Both the position numbers and the translations under genes were made by a program. Below, in pieces: positions 1 through 8,190 of a stretch of 64,000 bases of DNA. The stretch is taken from positions 1 to 64,000 of the IMG/VR virus record IMGVR_UViG_3300048580_000372, one strand, 5' to 3'. The notes beneath the pieces are model-generated. The model searched no databases. It worked only from the letters and a program-made list of their open reading frames with translations, and was not told the DNA's origin. The first letter of the stretch is position 1. Each line of letters opens with the position of its first letter. Source of the stretch: a virus.

Positions 1-458
1 TAAGAAACTTTTGAAATATGTTTCTGGGATAGTAGCATTATTGATAATTAATATCATTAGTTTGAAATTTATCTTCCCAGTAATGATTAAAAAAGGCACA
101 ACAGCCTCTGTTGTGTTAATGGGATTTTATGGCAAATTATTTTTAATTGGTGTATCAATTGGACTTATGATATATTTTGGTAATAAAATTTTCAAACACT
201 TAAAAGAAGGGAGACACAATGAAGAAGAAACCAGAAATAGTACAAACAATGATTGAAACCAATCCAACAGATTTTAATCCAGTATTGGAAAATATCAATG
301 ATGATTGTGGAACATTCTTGGGACAATTTTGTGTGGTGAACACAATTAGAAAAACTTGGGAAAATAAATCTGAAATCCAATGTGCCCTTATAAAAGGTGT
401 ATGCACAAACTGTCTGGTAAGTCAGGATTTCACTAAAAAATTAATTAAAGGCGAATAA

Positions 459-485
459 GAAAATCCTCCACTTTGGGGGATTTTT
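459..485 (+). terminator. Intrinsic terminator
   Basis: AAAATCCTCCA-cttt-GGGGGATTTTT hairpin plus T-run directly after ORF 219..458. Confidence 0.55.
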
Positions 486-507
486 AATTTGTATATTAGA
501 AAACACA

Positions 508-1047
508 GTGTTAAATAGTATTATGGATTTTATAATAATACAACTAATAGGCATTGTGGGATTTGGATTAACTTGCATTACCCCATTATGGAAAACTACC
601 AAACATATGCTAATCGTTGGGGCATTAGCATCAATGTTATTCGTCATTCATTATCTATTATTAGGGGCATGGGCTGGAGCTGCCATTGATGTTATTTGTG
701 CCAGTCGTTGTATTTTGGCTGCATATTATCCAAAAACTTGGGTCAAGTGGACGTTCTATCTTTCACCATTCGCTATCCTATTTCTAAATCCAATAAATTT
801 GGCAAACACTTGTGTCTGTATTGCAGCACTAATTAATAGTATATCAAGTTTTAAAACTGATGCACAAACAATGAGAATAATGGATTTATCCAGTATTCCA
901 TTTTGGACTTTCTATAATTTTACTAATTTATCATATGCAGGATTAATTGCGAATTTTGTTGGTTTTGTTTCTTACAGCTATTCTATATACCATTATAGAA
1001 AATCTACTTTAATTGTTCCAAAATCTCCACAACCATCGATTCATTAA
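508..1047 (+). CDS. YgjV-family inner membrane protein
   Basis: Multiple hydrophobic helices; HYLLLGAWAGAA and W..YN....SYAG segments typical of YgjV-like proteins. Confidence 0.65.
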   Translation: MLNSIMDFIIIQLIGIVGFGLTCITPLWKTTKHMLIVGALASMLFVIHYLLLGAWAGAAIDVICASRCILAAYYPKTWVKWTFYLSPFAILFLNPINLANTCVCIAALINSISSFKTDAQTMRIMDLSSIPFWTFYNFTNLSYAGLIANFVGFVSYSYSIYHYRKSTLIVPKSPQPSIH

Positions 1048-1516
1048 TAAGGCTACAAATCATCTTTGGTTCATATTTATAATCTGACTCTGCTGTTATT
1101 TTAAAGTTTTGGTTTTCCTTGAATGCTACCCACAATGGTAATATTTTTATATTAATGGTGCATTCAAAGGTCTCTGGTGGATATTCATTCATAATTGTAA
1201 TGACAGTTACTTTATATGGTTGTTTAGCACCTTCATCAATTCTTTTTTCTGTTACAAAAGTATTATAAGTATATGTTTTTGTTCTATCTTTTTCAGACAA
1301 AATAAAGAATAATAGTGCAAGTGGGACTAATAATGCAACAACAACTGTAATAATTTTTTTGGGAAGATTGCGTTTTTCTTCTGCTTCTTGTTTTTTCCAC
1401 AATGCTTTAAAATTGACTGCTTTTTTTGGGTCAAATGTTTTTTGTGGTTTTGCAGAAGGTTTTTCCTCCAATTTCTTTGGAGGTTCGTTATCTGGGTGAA
1501 TTACTGCGTTTTTCAT
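1004..1516 (-). CDS. Hypothetical single-pass membrane protein
   Basis: 170 aa with one TM segment (IITVVVALLVPLALLFFIL). Confidence 0.55.
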   Translation of the reverse strand: MKNAVIHPDNEPPKKLEEKPSAKPQKTFDPKKAVNFKALWKKQEAEEKRNLPKKIITVVVALLVPLALLFFILSEKDRTKTYTYNTFVTEKRIDEGAKQPYKVTVITIMNEYPPETFECTINIKILPLWVAFKENQNFKITAESDYKYEPKMICSLINESMVVEILEQLK

Positions 1517-1649
1517 AATTTATCCATCCTATTCTTAAAATGGTTTATCTATACACAATATCATAAGATGCATCTTGTGTATATAATTATTTATAAAAAA
1601 ATTGTAAAAACTAAATATTATTGATATAATAATACAAAAGGAGTAAAAA

Positions 1650-1928
1650 ATGAAAAGGTTAATTTTAATATTATTTTTCATATCATCATCTGCAATGGCT
1701 GGTGAACCATTCTGCAATTATCTTGGTGATTTTTTTAATTTCATAACGCTTCAGCCATCATGTTATGAACGAATAAGAAAATATAATTATGATCATTCAG
1801 AACGTTCTGTTACTGATTTGGCTGATATTTATGGACCACACAGCCCAGAACATCCACCTGAAAATTATCATAGGGTTAAAGAAGGGTTTGGGAATGATGC
1901 TTGGGAGAAAAATAATAGAGGATGGTAA
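1650..1928 (+). CDS. Hypothetical secreted protein
   Basis: AAGGAG SD; signal-peptide-like N-terminus MKRLILILFFISSSAMA. Confidence 0.6.
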   Translation: MKRLILILFFISSSAMAGEPFCNYLGDFFNFITLQPSCYERIRKYNYDHSERSVTDLADIYGPHSPEHPPENYHRVKEGFGNDAWEKNNRGW

Positions 1929-1934
1929 AAAATA

Positions 1935-1959
1935 AAAAGGGAGCCGAAGCCCCCTTTTT
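1935..1959. terminator. Bidirectional intrinsic terminator (ends tmRNA transcript and ORF 1650..1928)
   Basis: AAAAGGGAGC-cgaa-GCCCCCTTTTT with A/T runs on both sides. Confidence 0.8.
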
Positions 1960-2255
1960 ATAATAATATTATTTAACAGGGAATTATCATAACCCCGAAT
2001 GTTTTTGGAAAAGTTCAAGTGCTCACGCAGCTTGAAGTTCAGTTCCCATAACATAGTTGTCGTTTGAAGCGACAGTTTTAATTTTTCTCGCGGTAACCCT
2101 GCTGGAATTCGGGTGAACGCAACCTTGCGATATTCACTCCAATTACTATCCACCCCATCAAACCTAAATGTGCCCCATAAGAAATTATGGTTCGTGGAGC
2201 ACTGGGGACTTGCACCCCATTCTACAGTGGTCTTCATCTTTGTTCAAACGTCCAT
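1960..2255 (-). ncRNA. ssrA: Circularly permuted (two-piece) tmRNA
   Basis: On the minus strand: T-arm TGGGG-TGCAAGT-CCCCA (2219-2203), acceptor 3' strand GTGCTCC-A (2202-2195), 18-nt intervening segment, then 5' strand GGGGCAC (2176-2170). These give a 7-bp stem with G3.U70 and A73. Tag frame 2070-2023 encodes ASNDNYVMGTELQAA* after AAAACTGTC. Outer ends approximate. Confidence 0.9.
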
Positions 2256-2261
2256 TGTGAT

Positions 2262-2290
2262 AATATACCACAAACCTATTTAGTAGTCAA
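2262..2290 (-). promoter_or_regulatory. Sigma70-type promoter of tmRNA
   Basis: TTGACT-N17-TATATT with extended -10 TG. Confidence 0.75.
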
Positions 2291-2323
2291 TTAAAAAAAC
2301 ACCCAGTTATCATCTTTTTTTCA

Positions 2324-3769
2324 CTATTTTGCAGTTTGTTCAATATAAAGGATTTCTTCTTCTGTTAACTCATATTCAATAGGATATTCATATCCTGTCT
2401 TGATTTGAGATAAATCAAAATCTTTCATATATCTAAACACCATACCTCTTGTTTTTTCGTGTAATTGTTTTGTTATATATTTCATCAATGGGTTATTTAA
2501 AATAAACAACTTTGCAGCTTCTGCTTCTTCAATTGTATTAAAAAACAAAGTACAAGCTGAACCAACATAAGCAATATCATTCACAACAGAATAACTTTTC
2601 ATTGACTCAAGCCCTTTAAACATAAGTTTTGGACCTTTTGGTAACGAACCACCATTAATATATCCATAAACAATATTAGGCGTTGAACTATTTGGAATAT
2701 CAATAACACCATAATTAAATCCATCAACTGGTGTTTGTGAAATTTTATTTTTTTCAATAAGAACTTTAAAACTTCCACTAATTGCACTTTTATATGGCTT
2801 GCTTATACTAATATCATATAATTTAGAAATGATTTTATCATCATCAACATTGGTTTGAGCATTTTCTTTGTTGATAGAAATAAAATAACCAGCTGTATAT
2901 TGCCACCAAGACGAAGTATTTGAACAATATTTTGTAACAGAATAATTATCCATTGCATATTTAATACCATTTCGCTGAACAACCAACGCCACAATACCAT
3001 CTGATACTGCACAATTAAATGATTTTGAAATGAATTTTTTATATAAAGTTGTATTACCAGAAGTCCCTGCAATTGTATTAGCAGAAGATGGTGCCTCGTT
3101 GAACGGCGGGTTACCAACGATAACATCGAATTTCATTTCAGGCTCCCATTCACGAAAGTTTTCATTAAACCCATTTCCACCACCTAATCTAAACCGAGTC
3201 CATTCAACCCAGTTATTATTTATATCATTAAAGTATAACATATTTTTGTCAATATAGTCAAGCCTTTCTTTTTCCGGAATCATTACAAGCCCAGCCATCA
3301 ATCGTTTCTGAATTTGTACAACGAATTCACCAGTCCCACAAAATGGATCAAGAAAGGTCTTATCAGGATTAGTCCAAGTATCAATGGGCAATTTATCCAA
3401 AATATTATTGACCAATAATGCAGGTGTCTTGTAGCATTGGGTGTACAATTTGTCCAAACCAGTCATTACCCCAACAGACAATTTATCCATAACAGTGTCA
3501 TTGCCAACAGAAAAAATTGTCAACTTCCGAAAACATCTCACATATTGTTCCATCAAATAACTATAAGGCTTATAGGGCATGTTTTTAATAGTCTTGATAG
3601 TGCCACCAGCCTTCAAATAATTAGTATCAAAAACAATCGAATCAAACAATTCAATCGTTTCATCATTGGTAATTTGAGTCAACATCGAATATTTAAAATT
3701 TGTCCTAACGATGAATACAGAGATTCTCGCAGTGATATGAAGTTGACGTTTGATATGAAGGTCGTCCAT
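2324..3769 (-). CDS. N6-adenine DNA methyltransferase (Eco57I/gamma-like motif order), apparently solitary
   Basis: Motif I FLDPFCGTGEF precedes motif IV FDVIVGNPPF. Confidence 0.85.
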   Translation of the reverse strand: MDDLHIKRQLHITARISVFIVRTNFKYSMLTQITNDETIELFDSIVFDTNYLKAGGTIKTIKNMPYKPYSYLMEQYVRCFRKLTIFSVGNDTVMDKLSVGVMTGLDKLYTQCYKTPALLVNNILDKLPIDTWTNPDKTFLDPFCGTGEFVVQIQKRLMAGLVMIPEKERLDYIDKNMLYFNDINNNWVEWTRFRLGGGNGFNENFREWEPEMKFDVIVGNPPFNEAPSSANTIAGTSGNTTLYKKFISKSFNCAVSDGIVALVVQRNGIKYAMDNYSVTKYCSNTSSWWQYTAGYFISINKENAQTNVDDDKIISKLYDISISKPYKSAISGSFKVLIEKNKISQTPVDGFNYGVIDIPNSSTPNIVYGYINGGSLPKGPKLMFKGLESMKSYSVVNDIAYVGSACTLFFNTIEEAEAAKLFILNNPLMKYITKQLHEKTRGMVFRYMKDFDLSQIKTGYEYPIEYELTEEEILYIEQTAK

Positions 3770-3781
3770 TTAAAAAACCTT

Positions 3782-4408
3782 TCAATCTTTCCCATTAGCC
3801 TGTCGCAAAGCCTTCCGATGCTTATAACGAGTGGAATTTTCAACCTCAACAATCCATTCAGTCTTAAACAAGGGATTATCACCATAATGCTTAATGGCGT
3901 GTTCAAGACCATCTGCAGCATCCCATTCAAAACACCGACGAAGGTCAGCAATATCAAAAGCAAGACGAGCTTCAATGAATTTCTGAACATTCTTTTCCAA
4001 TAATACAATGTTAAAAGTCATGCTCCTGCCACCATAACCACGATACTTCATATCGTATTCTTGTTCAGTCAAAACACGATCTTCAAACTTTTCTTCCCAA
4101 GCACCAACAAACACAATTCGAGGTTCATCATTAACTGTGATGAACTCAATTTCACCATCATCAACCATGGCATGATGGATATGCCGACAAAGCCCTTCAA
4201 AAGATACAGCATCATTCACACTTCCAGCCCAACATTCGGGAAGAATGGAATAGGGATTGATTTCAGTTTCCATAAGCCAACGAATAAGCAGCTTGAAATC
4301 CTGTTCATAGTCCTTGTCTGTATTCAGCATGGAATTGATATTTTCCAATGCTTCATCATGAGCCTTCTGAAACTTTTCCAAACGATTGATGATTTCCATT
4401 TTCGTCAC
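3782..4408 (-). CDS. Hypothetical early protein
   Basis: 208 aa ORF with GGAG SD, directly behind an early promoter. Confidence 0.75.
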   Translation of the reverse strand: MTKMEIINRLEKFQKAHDEALENINSMLNTDKDYEQDFKLLIRWLMETEINPYSILPECWAGSVNDAVSFEGLCRHIHHAMVDDGEIEFITVNDEPRIVFVGAWEEKFEDRVLTEQEYDMKYRGYGGRSMTFNIVLLEKNVQKFIEARLAFDIADLRRCFEWDAADGLEHAIKHYGDNPLFKTEWIVEVENSTRYKHRKALRQANGKD

Positions 4409-4429
4409 TCCAATTGATTAACTTTACCA

Positions 4430-4457
4430 AGTATAGCAGGATTTATAATTTTGTCAA
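4430..4457 (-). promoter_or_regulatory. Phage early promoter
   Basis: TTGACA-N16-TATACT with CTGC before the -10; same family as copies at ~21.4, 21.9, 22.2, 36.9, 59.0, 59.4 and 59.8 kb. Confidence 0.75.
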
Positions 4458-4468
4458 TGGCTAAAAAC

Positions 4469-4497
4469 AAAAGAACCCGCCTTGCGACGGGTTCCCC
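4469..4497 (-). terminator. Intrinsic terminator closing the microORF-array transcript
   Basis: GAACCCGTC-GCAA-GGCGGGTTC followed by T-rich tail on the minus strand. Confidence 0.85.
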
Positions 4498-4529
4498 TTC
4501 TTCTGGAAGTTAACTAACTCTCTTACTCT

Positions 4530-4880
4530 ACTATCATTATCATCAATATACAATATTAATTTTGAGTCGTCAAGTCCAAGTCATTTTGTCCTCCTCTAAC
4601 GTTTTTCTACAATCCTCAATCTATCATCTATCAATCTAAAAAATTTTTAACCCTTTTAGGGACCAGCCCGAATGCTTGTCATTTTATTTCTCCTAAAACT
4701 TTCTAACACTCAATCTATCATCTATCAATCTAAAAATCTTGGGGTTAACCCCGAGGTCGGTCTCTGCTGTGTGTCATTTTATCTAACTCCTAAGTTCAAC
4801 CAGTCTCTACAAATCTATCAATCATCTATCAATCTAAATTGGTGTCTGTGCTCTGTCGCTTGCCTTTTTTATCCTCCATT
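4530..4880 (-). repeat. Array of ~95-100-nt units: SD-ATG-microORF-stop followed by a TTTAGATTGATAGATGATAGATTGA repeat
   Basis: 25-nt repeat exact at 4616-4640 and 4710-4734, variant at 4812-4838, degenerate near 4530-4555. MicroORFs MTHSRDRPRG* (4777-4745), MTSIRAGP* (4682-4656) and MTWT* (4584-4570), each behind AGGAG/GAGGAGG. Confidence 0.8.
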
Positions 4881-4917
4881 GGGTTTCTATCTTCTTTGTC
4901 TCACTCTCTATGTTATT

Positions 4918-4946
4918 AATATAGCAGGATTTGAAAAATAAGTCAA
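4918..4946 (-). promoter_or_regulatory. Early promoter of the microORF array
   Basis: TTGACT-N17-TATATT with CCTGC before the -10. Confidence 0.8.
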
Positions 4947-4978
4947 CCACTTTTTTGAAAATCATATAAATAATTTTC

Positions 4979-5542
4979 ATGAAAGATATAAAACACAATA
5001 TGGAAATTTTAAAACGAGGGAATGATTTGTTCTTTCGTTGGACAGCTAAAAATTTAACCAAAACCCCAATCAAAATAAAACCCGGTATGGCACTAATCCA
5101 CCCTTTCCACGATTATATCCATACCATCTATAAATTTATTAATTTTACCAAAAAAGAATGGATAGAACCTAACGAAACATTACTCCTTATACAAGAACAA
5201 TTAATCAAGGATAAGGTGGATAATTATCGTTTTAATTCAATACGTTATAAATCACTTGGATTGGAAAGTGCTTCAGGACTACAATACCCAATAACTGACT
5301 TACAATTGAAAAAAATAAGAAAAGCATTCCAAGAATTAGCGTTGGAATTTGGATTACCAGAACATTTGGAACAGGGAATGATATTGCGTTTGGATGAACA
5401 AGACAAACAAATCCAAGAAGTAGTCAATAGAACACCAGCCAAAAATGGATTGCCACAGATAATCACTATAACCATGGAAGAAGGTTATTGTGAAAAAGCA
5501 GACAAAACAGAAAAAGATATTCAGATCATTGATAGACGTTAA
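4979..5542 (+). CDS. Hypothetical protein
   Basis: 187 aa ORF, no recognisable motif. Confidence 0.6.
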   Translation: MKDIKHNMEILKRGNDLFFRWTAKNLTKTPIKIKPGMALIHPFHDYIHTIYKFINFTKKEWIEPNETLLLIQEQLIKDKVDNYRFNSIRYKSLGLESASGLQYPITDLQLKKIRKAFQELALEFGLPEHLEQGMILRLDEQDKQIQEVVNRTPAKNGLPQIITITMEEGYCEKADKTEKDIQIIDRR

Positions 5543-5919
5543 ACCAACAATGATAACAGAAAACCAATCCCCAATCCTGCTGTGGTTTTAGTCACATGAT
5601 AAAACATTGTTTCAGTCAATTTATCCCTTGTGTCAATGGCTGGTATCAATCTTGGTTGAGTTAAATAACCAAACACAAATGATAACCCAACCGCTTGCCA
5701 AATAGTTAATGGTTTTATACCAAGAATTGGTACCAAAAACCAACTCCATAATTTATAAACCACAAAACAATTATAAAAGAAAAAACAACCAAACAATAAT
5801 ATAAGTGACGACCCAATTAGAAAACGATATTTTGGCTCATATTCAGCAAAGTTTTTATGTAAAAATTTCATTCTGCACCTCCATATTAGCATTATACCTA
5901 TGCTCAACATATTTGTCAA
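5539..5919 (-). CDS. Hypothetical membrane protein
   Basis: Hydrophobic helices; LWSWF.VP..G..PLTIWQAVGL pattern common in phage membrane proteins; true start probably at MKFLHK. Confidence 0.6.
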   Translation of the reverse strand: MTNMLSIGIMLIWRCRMKFLHKNFAEYEPKYRFLIGSSLILLFGCFFFYNCFVVYKLWSWFLVPILGIKPLTIWQAVGLSFVFGYLTQPRLIPAIDTRDKLTETMFYHVTKTTAGLGIGFLLSLLV

Positions 5920-5993
5920 ATTTATCTTGCATTATGCTGCGATGCAATATAAAATGTATAAATAGAAAGGGATTAATCTTTAGGAGAAATAAA

Positions 5994-6554
5994 ATGAAAA
6001 TTATGAAATTGACAGAAGTTCAAAAAAATGATTATTTAAAGCATCTACTTGAGTTACCAGAACAAGACAAAAAAATGCGGTTCAATGGTGCAATGCATGA
6101 TGCATCAATCACAAATTATGTCGATAGTATCAATTGGGATCGTGATATGATTTTGGGCAAATATGATAAAGATTTGAACTTGGTCGCTGCAGCCCATATT
6201 GGTTTTTATATCACTAAAGATCAAACCACAGCAGAAATTGGGTTGAGTGTTGATTCTAACCATCGTGGTAATGGAACTGGTTATCAAATTTTTTCCCAAG
6301 CAATTATGTATGCAAGAAATCATAATGCTAATAAAATTTGGGTATCTTGTTCCCGCTCCAATCGCAAAATGATTAATATTGCAGCCAAACATGGACTTGA
6401 ATTGGTCTCAGAATCAACAGACATGGAAGGGTATTTGACAGTTGATAAAGGAAATCTCGTTACTTGGTTATTGGAAATTAGGGAAGATAATTTAGCATTT
6501 GTGGATTATCTTGGGAAAAAGCATACTAAGATTTTTAGAGATATATTCTTTTAA
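5994..6554 (+). CDS. GNAT-family acetyltransferase
   Basis: AEIGLSVDSNHRGNGTG acetyl-CoA motif, N..MI..A.K.G; start re-assigned to ATG 5994 after the AGGAG SD. Confidence 0.85.
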   Translation: MKIMKLTEVQKNDYLKHLLELPEQDKKMRFNGAMHDASITNYVDSINWDRDMILGKYDKDLNLVAAAHIGFYITKDQTTAEIGLSVDSNHRGNGTGYQIFSQAIMYARNHNANKIWVSCSRSNRKMINIAAKHGLELVSESTDMEGYLTVDKGNLVTWLLEIREDNLAFVDYLGKKHTKIFRDIFF

Positions 6555-6582
6555 AAAAGGGGGCTAAAGCCCCCTTTTTTTA
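6554..6582. terminator. Bidirectional terminator
   Basis: AAAAAGGGGGC-taaa-GCCCCCTTTTT between convergent ORFs. Confidence 0.85.
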
Positions 6583-6930
6583 TTCCTCAATTGTTTGAAC
6601 CTGTGCAGTAGGTACAGACAATAGATTTACCACCTTGGCTTTTGTATCATAATACAAGAACGTTGATAGACTGTGACGCCCATTCTTCATGGCAATGGAA
6701 AGCATTTCACCTGCCCATGGTCCAAGCTTATTGTACATTGGATGCTTATCAGCACGTTTATAAAGTTCAACCCTTGGCGGGTCAACCAATAAAAACCCAT
6801 TGGCATTGATCTGAAGCTCAAACTTCATGTCTTTGTCTAATTCAAAACGTGGTTTGAAATCACAAAACCCTTTGTCGTTATAGGACATTACCCGTCCTTT
6901 GGTTCCCTTTGGGACAATCATCTTTCTCAT
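6580..6930 (-). CDS. Hypothetical protein
   Basis: 116 aa ORF with GAGGA SD. Confidence 0.65.
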   Translation of the reverse strand: MRKMIVPKGTKGRVMSYNDKGFCDFKPRFELDKDMKFELQINANGFLLVDPPRVELYKRADKHPMYNKLGPWAGEMLSIAMKNGRHSLSTFLYYDTKAKVVNLLSVPTAQVQTIEE

Positions 6931-6999
6931 TTGTTTATTCCTCTTCTAAAATTTTAAATATAATTTATATTAACACTTTTTACAATTCTGTCAACGTTT

Positions 7000-8178
7000 T
7001 TAATCAAACGTGTTTTGTGATGCTTCAAGAATTTGTTGTTCCATCAATGACCTATCAGGTAACCTATCCGAATTTAAAACATCATTCAATGATGGGACAC
7101 CAATTGCCTCCATGACTTTATGGGCAACGAAACATGGATTCATAAAATTTAAAGCATAAGCCAAAGCATGGGATGCCATATCCAAAACCATTCTCAACAA
7201 TTTCAAAATTTCATTCAATATCAACAATAATGGTGCAATCAATCCCATCAACAACATTGCCAATGGTGCCAATAAATCCCCCAAAGCTACCATCAATGAT
7301 TGGAGTAATTTATCCAATCCCCCCAACAAACTCCCCATTGTCCCTGTCAACATTCCACAAGGGTCCAATTGTTGCATTTTTTGATATAACCCTGTAGCAC
7401 CACCTAACATTGGCAATAGGGAACCAGCAGCCCCGATATGGGCACCTGTATGGATGTTAATGATAGACCAAACATCTGTTGCATTAAATCCACCAATTGA
7501 ACCGGGATTATCAAAAAAGCTTCCACCACCACTGTTGTTGGCTGTTCTGTTCAAATAGGCAATAATATATTGAGCAGTAGCACCACCATCTGTTGGACCA
7601 AATAATCTATTAGCCAATCCTTCCAATGTTGTCAAGTCATGCATTTGTGACAAGGTTTCAAACATAATATAAATGTTATTCTGTAATTGGTCTCGTTGTG
7701 GATAACCAGCATTATCCAAAAATGGATTCCCGTTAGCACTTTGTATAGTTGTAGATGGTGTTGGTGATAACATATCACGCATCATTTGTAATTCATTTCT
7801 GCGTTGTGCTGTCAATGGTGTACTATAATCTAATTGACAAGATGCTGTTGTGCCACCTGGAAGAAAATCATAATCCAATGTTAATGCCATTTCAACACAA
7901 TTCAATCTGTCTGCTATTGCACCAGGTATAGCTGCAATCAATGCAGCCAAATCTGGTGGCATTCTAAATGCAGGGAGAACTTGTGGATTGGCTTGCAATG
8001 GGTCTTCTTCTACATAATTTCTTAAATAATTCCAAGTGTTAGCGACCCCATCGTTTGGGGCAATTGTCCCAATAGGTTGAATGTTCGGACCACCAATGTC
8101 TGCAGTACTTGGTGTTATTTTAGATGGGTCAATACTTTGTTCAACCACACACTCGCTAACTTGACTAATAGTACTCAT
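7000..8178 (-). CDS. Putative virion/baseplate-associated protein
   Basis: 392 aa, directly downstream of the PAAR gene; Gly-rich with a hydrophobic helical C-terminus. Confidence 0.5.
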   Translation of the reverse strand: MSTISQVSECVVEQSIDPSKITPSTADIGGPNIQPIGTIAPNDGVANTWNYLRNYVEEDPLQANPQVLPAFRMPPDLAALIAAIPGAIADRLNCVEMALTLDYDFLPGGTTASCQLDYSTPLTAQRRNELQMMRDMLSPTPSTTIQSANGNPFLDNAGYPQRDQLQNNIYIMFETLSQMHDLTTLEGLANRLFGPTDGGATAQYIIAYLNRTANNSGGGSFFDNPGSIGGFNATDVWSIINIHTGAHIGAAGSLLPMLGGATGLYQKMQQLDPCGMLTGTMGSLLGGLDKLLQSLMVALGDLLAPLAMLLMGLIAPLLLILNEILKLLRMVLDMASHALAYALNFMNPCFVAHKVMEAIGVPSLNDVLNSDRLPDRSLMEQQILEASQNTFD

Positions 8179-8190
8179 TTTAATTTTACC

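Noticed and set aside
1797-2237. 146-aa minus-strand ORF
   Set aside because: It overlaps the tmRNA and runs through its terminator into a convergent gene; likely spurious.
2324-3769. Complete restriction-modification system
   Set aside because: No recognisable cognate endonuclease is adjacent; treated as an orphan methyltransferase.
4530-4840. CRISPR mini-array or replication-origin iterons
   Set aside because: Repeats are non-palindromic with ~70-nt spacers that each contain SD-ATG-stop, no cas operon is present, and the region is bracketed by a promoter and terminator. An origin role is not strictly excluded.
4672-5073. ORFs 4672..4941 (+) and 4834..5073 (-)
   Set aside because: They lack SDs, cross the promoter and repeat array, and have low-complexity translations.
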